Shown: positions 11,447 through 23,100 of the stretch, in pieces
Position numbering within the stretch: the first letter of the stretch is position 1
Layout: each line of letters opens with the position of its first letter
Source of the DNA: Stylophora pistillata
Lineage: Eukaryota
NCBI RefSeq assembly: GCF_002571385.2
Contig: NW_019217893.1
Span: 554,911-618,910, forward strand
Direction: 5' to 3'
DNA length: 64,000 nt
Made by a program: the position numbers and the translations under genes
The notes under the pieces: model-generated
The model's input: only the letters and a program-made list of their open reading frames with translations
What the model was told of the DNA's origin: nothing
Databases searched by the model: none

Positions 11447-14400
11447 AAATAACAGACTAGAAAATCAAGAGAACTAAAACATCCTGTTTTAATTGGGTCT
11501 TCATTTTCGTAATGGATCTTCGTTTTCGTAATGGGTCTTCGTTTTCGTAGTAGGTCTTCGTTTTCGCAGGGGGTCTTCGTTTTCGTAGGGGTCTTAAGTC
11601 TTCGTTTTCTGGGTCTTTGTTTTCGTAACTACCCCATTATTACAACTTTGCTTCACTGAGCTGCGAAAAAGGCAGTCGTATTTCTATGCCAAAACTTGAT
11701 CATGAGATGTTACGTGACTATTTTGGTGGGAAATTTATGGTGATCTGAGTTTTTTAGGACCCGGTCCGGGCTAGGACGCAAACCGATCCAGGTTTTATTA
11801 ATCCGGTCCGATCCGGTCCGATTTTATCAATCCGATCCGATCCGATCCGATCCGATCTGGTCCAGCTTTTGTAAACGCCCATCAGCTGACAGTCTTAGGC
11901 AGACCTGTAAGCTAACAGACAGCAGACAGTTAGTAATCTATTGGTGATTGATTGGTAACCTGGTGGCCTGTTGGTGATCTCATCACTGACAGTCAGCCAA
12001 CAGGGTTTCTCAGGGAGCTGTTCTTCACAATTACCAAAAGATACACTCAAGCACCAGGATCAGACTTTTTCGATTTTTATGGGGACTGTCCTTGTGCTTG
12101 CATCAAGGCCCCTTTCCACAGTGAAATTAGAACTATTTTGTTTATATTTGTGCTTCCTTTTGAGCCTTTACTTGCTCCTGCACTTGTGCCTTCATTTGTA
12201 GTGGAAACCAGGCTTAAGGAAATGATTTGCAGCCAAACTCTAAAACTAAGGTGAGAAGAAACTAATTGCTTAAAATTAAAGCACAATTACATTAATATGC
12301 TGCCAATCAATTTTCCCAAATACAAGCCACACCCCTCATTTCAAAACAAAATACATACTATGGATGCATTTGATGAAATTAAAATCCAGTTAATGACGAT
12401 GACACCTAAACATTTGAAATGTGGATTCTCTCATTTTGACATTGCATTTATTCCACTTTATAGTCTGAACAGTGGATTGAAACCTTTTACACCTTACACC
12501 TACCTCACCAAGACTTTTAACATTAGCTGAGGTCACTGTTATTAGCTCAAAATGTTGACCTGTAAAATATATGGTCATGCAAAAAATATGACATTTACGT
12601 CAAATCAGAAAAAAAATTCCAAAATTTTGATCATATATTGTTAGTTTTTCAAAACTCATACCATGAGGGTTTTTGAAAAGTTGAATCAGACATTGGTTCA
12701 CTCCAAGAAGAGTGTCATTCCTTTGTCCCAGAGCAAGTTTACTACCTAAATTGTTAAGGTTTGCAACCACAGTGATGTCCTGCCCACAGCGTCGACAAAG
12801 GAAGGTATCTGCAAATATACAAACTTTTCCTTATTACAAGGGCAATTTCATGAGGTAAAGTGAGTTTGTTGAACTTATAAGACCTCCTCAAAGAAAGACT
12901 TGCTTACATAAAATTAAACACACACCAAGCATATCACATGGTGTTATTCAATCTAAATCATTGATACAGTTAGAGCAAGTCATAACTTGGAAAAAGTTTA
13001 TCAGGAGTGATGCAATCATTGCTCAATTACCATCTGAATTTGAATTTGAAAAGAAATTTCATATCTCTTGATGGTAAATCCAGATACCTTAAGCTAACAA
13101 AGACTTTACATATTGAAACCATCCTGATACAAATCATGGTGCTTTCACAATTTCAACAGACCAATAATTTGATTCAGGTATGCATTGATTTATTCAAAGC
13201 TTCAACATCCCCCCCCCCAAAAGCTAAGGCTTTTGAACTTTTTTAAGTGCACCTGACCCCCAAATTTCTTTTCACTTAAAAGAATCTTCCTGCTTTGGTG
13301 AGTATTGTTGGATTTGGTTAAACCCTCATTTTTTTATGCCCTGTTGAAGTCGAGATCCGAATGGACCACAACTGCGTAAATGGGGATCTGGGCAGAGAAG
13401 ACTTGTGACGTCACTTCAAGAAGACGCTCAAGGAATTCTCAGCTAGTCGTCAACCTGCGAAAGCCCTTCTAGCACTAGATTCATTCTGCGGCATATTTGC
13501 GACCAATATCGATCTAACCTTCCAAACATAACCAGTGAACTGTGCAAAATGGTGCGAAATACAGATTGTTGGGTTCTCGAAGTGACGTCACATTAGTTGC
13601 CAGACTCTTGATCCTTGAAACGTGGTCTGAGTCAAAATGATGGTGATTTTTATACAATTTTCTGTACCTCAACGGGGCAAAAAAATTCAAGGATTTGACC
13701 AAATCCAAAAATTTTTTCGAAGAGATACTCACCAAAGCATGAAGATTTTTTTAAACAAAAAAAATTTAGGGGTTAGGTACACTTTAAGACTTGTTCATTC
13801 AAATTCCTTCCCATTAATGCAGAATTTGTTATCAAATGGTGCTTTGGGTGATCAACTAATATTGTAAAATTTTGCAAGTGACACTGTTTAGTTTTTCCCC
13901 TGTAGGCATCATTCTGTGATGTAAAAATTTTCTTCTAAGCCATTTGCTGATGAAAGTTGATTCTTTGTGTATAAATTCTTCATTATTTCAATTTAGGACA
14001 AGTGTTTTCTGCTGTTTCAAATACCCATCCCTCTCAGGAGAACAGTCCAATCCTCTTGAGGTGACTGGGGAGGGGGGAGGGAGGAGGGAATATCAAAGCT
14101 TTGAATTGATTAGGACATTTTGTGTAGATGGCAGTGTGTTTTTTAAACATAATATAATGGAAGTTAAGTTGGAGACTGTACATTTTGAACTCTGAATTGC
14201 TTAACCCCTTCCCTGCCAAACCTTAATGTAGCCATCTACTGGTTAATAAAATAATCTATTTTTAATGAAATTCAAGTTTCATGAAAAACAATAATATCTT
14301 TTTTTGTAAATACTGTGGACAGTAACAAATATTTGTACAAAGTCATCAGGCCTCTCTTTCAGAGCAGTGTCACTGTGTGTTAGATCCTAAAGCAAGGAGC

Positions 14401-15883
14401 TGGACACCGTCCCAGAGAAGTTGGTCAGTGGTTCATTAATACCCATAGTGATCAATGACAATACTTTACAAGAATAGTATACATCTATGAAGTATATATG
14501 CTTTGTAGAAAAAACAAACTTGTTAATTACTGATAACATTCATCAGAGCCTATCCAGTTCAAAACTGGTTGGTTGATTGAGAAATCTCAAAATAAATGTT
14601 GATTTACAGAAATTGATTGGTATTTTCTCTAGAATAATTTATGGATTCTATTCTTTTCAATTACAAATGTGATAAATAATCAGTATCAATTTCCATTTTA
14701 TAGAGTGGAAACAGAATGGAAAATTTGCTGTCACAAGGGTTATGATCTTCATATGTCAGTTTCTTACAAATATAATACAAGCAGGTGGAACACATACAAA
14801 ATTAGTGAACTGTTAACAAAAAAAAGAAGGGACCAATGAAAAACTACCAACAATGATTTAGAATTCAAACTGTAAACTTGTCTAATTACTAATTAACTGA
14901 AGCACACTCAAATTGATCAGTTGTCAACATTATCTTATAAACAACAGTTTAAATTTGACAATAAGCCACATGACTTGTATGGCAAAATCTTCATCACTTG
15001 TGATGCATCTCTGGTTTTAAAATTGAAAATTGTGGTTTTAAAATTGAAATGGTGTTTATCACTCTTCCTGTGGCTGTGAACAGACCAGTACCAGAGCCAA
15101 GGGTATGTTACTTAAAACATAGACGAAATACAATAAGGCCTTAGTAGGCTCCTTGAAAAACAAAAGGCATAATATACTGGGAAAGTTTTCTTAAACCTGG
15201 ATTTCAATTATGTGATTCCACGATTATCATTTGCACTCTAGTCAATTATCATACGAGTATGGCAGAATATCAGAGAAAAGTAAAAACGAACGAAGGAGCC
15301 GCAAATATTAAGTTATATTGATTGGACAAAATAATTTAAGGGTGTCTTTCGAGTTGGCGAGTCGTCGCACCGTAAACACAAATTACTTTTATCAGGGCAG
15401 TTGTGAAAGTCATGTATCTGTTATCTGTGTCTGTTATCTTATTCTATTGTTATGTTAAAATCCACGACTTTGATCAAAATGACCTCAAATATCACTACCA
15501 TTAAGGTCACCTAGTGATACCTTGGTCAAGAAGTAAGACAAGAAAAAAAGTGTGGGTTATTGGATTTTACAGGTAGGTTTTCATTTAAATACATGTGAAA
15601 ACAGGCAAATTTAAGATAAATTCCTACAAAAGTAGGTAATGTGCTTTGACGCTTAGTGTTTGTTCAAGTTCCATATCAAGGGCAATCACGCGCGCGAAAA
15701 CACCAAAAGAACAAGAGAGACTAAGTGCGCGCTCTCGCGTGACAACTAAAATTTGCACGAAATCAAAGTGAAATATATACCTTGATGTTGCTGTATTTCC
15801 ACAATCGTTGAAAATACTACATGAAAGCTTAAAAACACTATGGTATCAAGAGCAGGGAAACGATTCCAGTGTTGAGATTTCAT
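5671..15883 (-). CDS. Stand-alone CULT-domain protein (cereblon-like thalidomide-binding domain, no LON domain), 193 aa, 6 exons
   Basis: Exons 15883-15781, 12808-12662, 12559-12504, 8763-8684, 7657-7506, 5714-5671; all GT-AG and phase-compatible. Protein has [48 protein letters not shown]: two CxxC zinc motifs and the tri-Trp cage. Confidence 0.9.
7766..8217. mobile_element. Non-autonomous DNA transposon, CAG..CTG ends, 5-bp TSD (hAT5-like)
   Basis: TIR CAGGGCGTAAA / TTTACGCCCTG with TAAGG on both flanks. Confidence 0.8.
9634..10265. mobile_element. piggyBac-like non-autonomous element
   Basis: TTAA|CCCATTAATGGCC ... GGACGTTAATGGG|TTAA. Confidence 0.8.
10768..10962 (-). pseudogene. Captured F5/8 type C (discoidin) domain coding fragment
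   Basis: DYGRLHESRESGAWCTKTGSDRTDYLQVELGAVHFICAVATQGSWKENQRTTTYKVHLSTDG matches the FA58C pattern RL..AW..YLQVDLG..AVATQG..Y.v..S.DG. Confidence 0.85.
11398..11445. repeat. (TTA)n microsatellite
   Basis: Run of ATT/TTA units visible directly. Confidence 0.95.
13246..13783. mobile_element. Kolobok-like non-autonomous element, inserted in an older MITE (~13160-14120)
   Basis: TIR AGTGCACCTGACCCCCAAATTT / AAATTTAGGGGTTAGGTACACT; flanks TTTA and TTAA. Confidence 0.65.
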
Positions 15884-17162
15884 GGCAATAGCTAGCCCCG
15901 TTGCCACCGGGAAGAGCTACAAACATAGCGTTGAGTCTGCGTGGAGAGCTTCCATGATGAAAATTATATATGGTCAGCGGTCATAAAGATGCGAACCATG
16001 TAGAAATTGCGATCAACGATGATCGACGACGTGACAACATGAAAGTGAGGCGATCGATTTGAACTATTTCACACACAACAGAATTTGTCGATAGAACTCA
16101 TTTCACACCTTGGAACCAAAAAGAAAATGAAATGACCAGCAAAGTTCAGAGAAAGCCACAAACAAACAATTGGGATTGGAGGACGAGATCTTGTGGTGGG
16201 ATTAATTGCGATCATGTAAGTTCTTTGGTCTCGTGATGAACTCGTGAATCTTGTTCAGAGAGGTATAGCTGCAGATGGAAAGAAAATATTTCACGGTATT
16301 TTCCTCCGTAAGATTTTAAGATCATAAAATGGCTTGAAAGTTAATTATTTGTTTAATTTTAGTCATTGAGAATTCTTCAGGAGAAATTCTTTCACTGCTT
16401 TTGTACGGCCTCTTGCAGTCCATGAATTATGGAGGTAGTTTCCTCTTGAAAGCGCCATTCCAGTGACTGTTCATTTTACATCTGCTTATCGAGGAAATTT
16501 TCTGGCCTACAGTAAAATCATTCAAGAATCAACATGAATTTGACGATTTCCTCGATGAAGCACGTATAGCTGCTCATTAGAAATATTCACTCATGGCGTA
16601 TAAAAATTTAAAGAACACTACATTTTAAATATTAATTTCACATGTTCACAAACTGGAGACGAAAAAAGACAAAGCAATGCTCTTAAGTTAATTTCCCATT
16701 CTTTAAAAGAAACTTAAGGTTTTAAATTACTTTTTCGAAAAGTCATGTTGGTTAGAATGGATCATGGTCCACGGCTGAACAGTAGTTTTTTAGGTGTTCT
16801 CCTTGCACGTGTGCAAAATCAACCAAAAACAAACCACGTGTTTACAATTGAGCTCGTGAGGACTTATGGGAATGTTCTTATCTGACAAGGCAGCGACGGC
16901 CATGCCAAGAATGGCCTTTCTTTCGTAGGCCTTTTGCATCCGGTCAGTTGAACGAGCATCTTTTGTCCTAGATCTATGATAGAAAAGTATTTGGACGGCA
17001 AATGACTTTTGTTCACGTATTATTGAATATTTCAGCCGCTGGATGCGTTATATCCTGGTAGTTTTTGCAAACGCAGCAAGTCACACCCCCGTAGTTTGTG
17101 TTTAGAACCATTTTGCGTTCATTATTGACTTAAGAAATTTCTGTTCTATCTAGATCCGTCCA

Positions 17163-20100
17163 ATGAGTTTTCCATGTGTTCTTGGCATGAACGAAGTTGG
17201 ATGGGAAGATGGAGCGTACCACAGCAATGGTATGACTCCAAAACTTGTAGGACGCACCAGTAATGGTGGATCGAAGACGAACAACAGTGGCTTCGAAATT
17301 GATGTAGGTGGCAAATCGAACGGGGAAGTGGCAAGTTACCTTTTCCAGCGTCAGGGAGTCGCTACAAGCTTTTCAAAAACAGTTTCAGAAAACGACAAAG
17401 GCAATTTTTCTGGCCAGCGATGGTCATCTGTTGGTGAAGGAATGTCAGAACAGGTAAAAACCAATGTCAACAGTGTTATTGTAGCTTGTGTACATGGCCG
17501 TGTAGAATTACGGTGAATTGTTTCGTTGTAGAAGCAACTAAGCATTCGAAAATGCGACATCTACTTTTGCAGAGAAGTGATGAATGTTCAAATGCTTAGT
17601 TTTGTGTTAGTTTGCCAAACATATGGCTCCAGAGGAGTCACTGCTGCAAAATTTCATTTCTGTGTTATATTGAGACATTGATTACGCGGCTTAAAGCGTT
17701 GTTGCATTTACGCTTAAAAGTGTCTTCCCTTAATTTCGAATAAATCTTTTTAATTTAACTTCTTATAGCGCGATATTGTACTGCGGAAATTATAAATGCG
17801 CATCGCGAATGTTATGAAGCCCGAATTTTCCTGTCAGCTAATGGGAAGAAGGACGGATACGTTTCACTATCTAATTCTCTCCGTGAATTGCAATGTTGCG
17901 ATAAAAGCTTATTGCTTGTTTCCATTACCTTCGTTCTACTCTTCTGCAGAACTAAATATACGTTTTTATTTTGTTTTGAAATAGACGATCGACTTGTCTC
18001 GTTTTGATATAGAGTAAATTAGTATAAGTGCAATATCGTAAAGCTCAAATACACGATCGAAAAGAAGGCATCGGTGATTTTGTCAAAACTTGCATCTAAG
18101 ATGTCCGGTAAACAGCCAGTGAAGCGGAGCTATCGTTTTAAAATGAGGCAAAGAGGGCAGTGAACATACTGCAGCTCTGTGAAATTCACTGTTAGACTTT
18201 GTGCATAACTTGGTTACTTGCCTCCATCGGTTTAAATTCCACTATTCATCGTTCAATTTCTAGTGAAACAAATCAAAGCTACAGCTACCAGCAAAACCAG
18301 TGTTTTATTTTTAACAATTGTATGCTATTTTCGTTTTGCATATCTCTTTCCTTATTTTAGAATGTTTCTGATGTTTCGAGTCCTGAAGTTTTGTGTTTTC
18401 ATGGATAATGAATTTTTAAACGTTTTGTTAGACATGTTATTTGGCACTGTGTCTCATTAACAAAGAAAATTTTGATAGATGCTTCTAGAGATTCTTTATT
18501 TTCATCCTTCTAATTATTGTTTTCAACCAGAAACTCCGAAATGTTCAAGTTGAATCAGGATTTTTTAGTTTTGTTTCTGTTTCACTTTCATATTTGTAGT
18601 TTCATAGGCAAAGTACATGTAGCATTAGTAGTATTACAATTTCACTCTCCATTTGGAGGTAGAATTCATACCTTCTTGTTAACCCTAAGTACCAGGCAAA
18701 AAGCTTCAATTAATTACACAAAATTACTGTTTACTATTGAGGCAAATTTTTTTAAGCTCAAGCTTGGCCTTACTTGGCTGTGATTATTTATAGACAGAAT
18801 GATACAATGGCTCTTGTGAATGTAGGGTACATGTCTGAATACTGGTTCCTGGTTTTGTGAAGGTTGGATAATGCTGTCCACTGCATAAATCTCTATCTGG
18901 TGGATAGCAATTTTATTTGTTGGATAGCTTAAACCACCCTTTATGACACTGGGCCCATAAGGTTGCACTTTGATTTTTGTGGTAGTTGTTCGTAAAGAAT
19001 GAGCAATATTTGTTAAAGCATCTCTAATGCAGGCATCTGACCTAAAAAATATAAGGAGACATTGCTGGAGCCTGCTAGTTTGAAGTTCCTGGGGTGTATG
19101 AATCATTCTTGATGAGTGTTGTATGCTAGACAATGCTGACAATTCAACAGTTATTGTATATCAGATGGGTTTGCTTAAAAAATACTGCAATTGTCTGTTG
19201 AGTTTTTGTTTTTTTATGCTTTTATTGAACATCAAAGAAAGCTGACTTGATTTCTGTTGAGCATTGGCTTTTTCGGCCAACAAAAACCAGAGCAAGATAG
19301 TCTCCATGTTGTCTAGTGGACCACACTTTGCAATTCATCAGATTCTGATATGTTGTGATAAATTACCCAGCCGAAGTAGTTTTAAAAGTATGGTATGAAA
19401 CTAAGAAAAAAAAAAAAAGCAGATGCAACACCAAAATAAACAACACAAATGATTGCAAGAAGTTATGTATCCAAGTTGTAACTTGTTAATATTGACACCT
19501 AAGATTGACTAGCATCTAATTGCTCCTTAGAACATCGTCCCTGGATCCCACATTAAGGTCAGACCATTAAAGGTAATGATTGCCCCCTAAAAGAAGCTCT
19601 TGATTATTAAATAAGCTCTATTTGTCAGAACCTTAGGAAATGTATAGAGAATAGCATGAGAATACACACAGGGTGTATAGGGCTGGTGTTATTAAGATTC
19701 AGAGCACGTGGCTAATCAGCACTTACAACTGTAGTAACAATGAGACTTGCCAAATTTTTAGTTGAGGTCGGCTCGTGTAGAGATGTTGAATTTACGATGC
19801 TGTGTAAAGAATTTGAATGACAACAACAAGAGATAGGATCAGTAGAATGAGTTCTGCAAATTAACCCTATTGGGTTCAAAGCCCTCAGCCCAGGCCACCC
19901 CTGAAAATCTAGACAAAATGGCTGTCAAATTAAAAAAAAAACCACATGGTCCAAACAAATTTACTATTTCATGTCTTGGTTTTACTCTTCAGCAGTGAAA
20001 CTTTAAAACATGATTGCCAATACAATAAAGAATTACTTAAACTGCTTAAATCCTGGAGATGTATGTTATGCATTTTTAAAAAAAATATTAAAGTATGGTC

Positions 20101-23100
20101 ATCAAGTAAACAAAGTGACCATCACCATACTACCTACTATAAACAAAGGAATGAAAATATCTCAAAACCACAGTAAGTCTTATTTCCTGCTCTTAACTCG
20201 GCAGAAATGCAAACAAAAAGAATCAGTCAAAAAACTTTTGCATTACAACAGGCCATCTCACGGGTAAGAGAGTGAAATTTGTAAGTTTTCTTGCACAGAT
20301 CAAATTTGAATTTACCGCCATTGCTGACATCAGTGAACGTCACGAGGTAAAAAATAACTGGAAGTTACAAGTTAAGCCTACTCAGACCAGGCAGGAAATT
20401 GTCATATGGAACTATTGAAGAATGAAATAACTATCAATTGAATAGAACCCTTTCAGTTAGAAGATGATGAACAATGCTTGGATTATACCAAACAAAGAAA
20501 GTTGTTTTTATCTTTGACCAGTTTGCGACTTGCAAAGTGAAGGTGAAATGAAATTGGGCTTTACGGCCTAGTACAGCACTCTAAAGAACGGGAAAAAAAA
20601 ACTACGGTACAATTTAAGAACTAAGGTTAAGTGTTTTTTAAGAGTTAATTTCCTCCGTGCCATTTTGAAAAGCATTCGCCACGCATTTGCTGACATAAGG
20701 CAATGCCGCATAGCTCACAAGCATATGTTTCGAAGGTGCTTCCATCACTTTGTTTTCTCCCATCGTTGATGAAAAGATTAAGGAAATCTTTCGATGTTGC
20801 ACCCTCGCCGAGATCTTTCGTTGGGCCACGAGGAATGGTAACCTCTTCGATGTCAATTTCACTCAATGTGTTTGACCATTGAACCCCGACGGAAGGCATA
20901 TCTTCGTTGTCGCTATCTTCTTCATGATCTTGTTCTTCGTCGCTAGCGAAAATTTGGACATCGGAGTTTGTTCCCCCTTAGTGCTCGCCGAAATCAAAGA
21001 TCTCGATTTCTCTATCAACATCTCACAGAGAGTTTTCTCGTAACCTTCTCTGTTGTTCCTGTCGAATTTCAGCCACTTCGATAGAAAGACGAGGAAAGAT
21101 TTCTTCTTCATTGGAAGAACGCGAAGTATCGTCAAATCTGCAAGAAGCCATGCTAAGATACCGAACGCTATTTTCAAAAATTCGTTAAAAATCACGCATG
21201 AATTACAGAATGAAAGACATAACATCAAATGAAAGGTTAATTTATGCAGGTCACATTCAGATATATTTCAATACCCAGGGGACTAAGGTTTCTTAGCTAC
21301 AGCCAATAAAAACAAGTCATATCTGACAGGGCACATGAGGGCGCACTGGATTTTCAGAGGGGCAGTGCTTTCAATAAGAGCTGGCACCCGCCGGAGCTCC
21401 GGCGGCTATTCTGTTGCAAGTCGCCGGGTATATTTCACCGCGCTCAAGTCGCAGTCGCCACGCTAAGTCGCAATCAAGTCGCTCTCCGGCGGGTGTTGTA
21501 CCAAGGTAGCCACCTATTTCAAATCTTATTGAAAGCACTGAGGGGTTTTATTTCCGGGCGCATGAGGGCTCACTGGATGTCAATGGGTAAAAGGGTAGAG
21601 AGATTTTATTATGTCGTTGTATTTTCATGTAAAACTAAATATCTGATCTAAGAATCAATAAAACTGGTAGAAAAGCAAGGTAGATTTCTTGTACATACAG
21701 TGTATTAACTCTTGAAGAGAGAGAAGGATCACCCTAAAGTGATTTGAACAAGGTTTTATTAAATTTGGTTTAAGTTGAGTGGCTATTATCGCTCAAATTT
21801 AAATGTTTTTATTTTGATGATCTCCTTTGCAATTTTTGGCTAAGTTCCCAAACTGTTCCTTTTTTAGACAAATTCCAAGGATGGGGAACTGGATGATAAG
21901 TTCCAGAGTTTGTCTTTGAACAACAATGAAAAGAAAGCTGACACACCAATAGAGGAGGTAATCAATATTATTATTTTTTTTTCACTGAGCTTTGTTTGTG
22001 TGAAGTATGGCATACTGTCTTGTTGTATATCTCAACTAAAAGGAGTATTTATCTTTTACAAGTTTAAAAATGTTACTACTTTGTAATATTATCATTGATT
22101 TCAGTTCCTCAAGGTTTAAAATTACCTTTTTTTGCATGAACTGCATGTAGAGATGGAATGTTTTTTAAGTTACTAATTATGAAAATAAAGTTCTTAGGGA
22201 AGTTGTTTATTCAATCAAAACTAGCTCTTATTCCTGGATAATTACCAGGAGACTGTATAGGGGCACTGACAAAGTACAGATGTTCATGTTCCTGAGCCTG
22301 TAGATAAGATTCTTGTGATGTGACTTGAACATATATTTTCCCAATGACTTGGAAGTCCATATTATCTTCAAACTTTGAATGAAATTCCCAGCTTCTTTCT
22401 TCCTCTGACTTAAACATGCTCTTTAAGATTGGCAAACAGGATGGAACAGAGAGTCAGGAAAATGTGTGTTATGTAACATGTCCACAGGATGGCTGTTTGG
22501 TGGAACAGCCAACATCATTGGGGCTGCTATGTTAAAATAACAATGCATGTATTGCAAATGTCCATCAGGTCCGTCAGTGCAAATCTTGCCATCCCTTGGT
22601 TAAGTTTTTCCCTGAAACCAAAAGTGGGAATTTCAAGTCAAGACAAAATCAACTCTGACAAGATGCTGAGTCAGTTGCTTACTGGCAAGTGTGCCTTTAA
22701 ACTCTTATCATCACCCCATTAACAATCTGTTGTATTGATGATAAGCTGGTGGTAATTTCAGATCCTATTCCCCTTATACTACAAGGTATATCTTAGTCTT
22801 AAATGTTAGATTTCGGAAAAACATTTTAGAGGACTTGAGACAGTTGCTAGGAGAAAACTTAATTACCATGTAACTTGTCAATCTCAAATGAAGTTTGTTT
22901 TGTTTATCTCCTTAAAACCTTGCCACATGTTTTTTTATTCTCAGACAAATTTCATCCATTCATGTTTTGCAGATTGCTTCTACTGCAAAAAAACTATGGG
23001 ATGTGCAAGACTCTGGTGAGGAAAATCAAGGGGGGATGACAACTGGCATTTTTTTTGGTGAACAGTGGAGAGAGACAGCCTGGGGGCCATCTGTTCCTCA

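Larger units (their letters stand above)
10597..11633. mobile_element. Foldback-type element with arms made of 19-bp tandem units (ACGAAAACGAAGACCCATT)
   Basis: Ends GGTAGTTTTGAAAACG / TTTTCGTAACTACC; direct arrays at ~10600-10750 and ~11068-11245; inverted array at ~11495-11633. Confidence 0.8.
9266..11880. mobile_element. Mutator-like non-autonomous element with long TIRs
   Basis: Ends GGGCGTTTACAAAA / TTTTGTAAACGCCC; long imperfect TIRs built of (GATCC/GGACC) units; 9-bp TSD GTCAGCTGA / ATCAGCTGA (one mismatch). Confidence 0.75.
9191..12035. mobile_element. Old MITE split by nested insertions (outer layer)
   Basis: Degenerate left end GTGGGGAACAACTCCTGAAAATACC pairs with right end GGGTTTCTCAGGGAGCTGTTCTTCACAATTACC. 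A related uninterrupted copy lies at ~52598-52935. Confidence 0.6.

Noticed and set aside
10600-11633. 19-bp repeat arrays as a CRISPR array or iteron origin
   Set aside because: Units are head-to-tail without unique spacers, occur in inverted orientation at the other end, and no cas genes are present. They are transposon arms in eukaryotic DNA.
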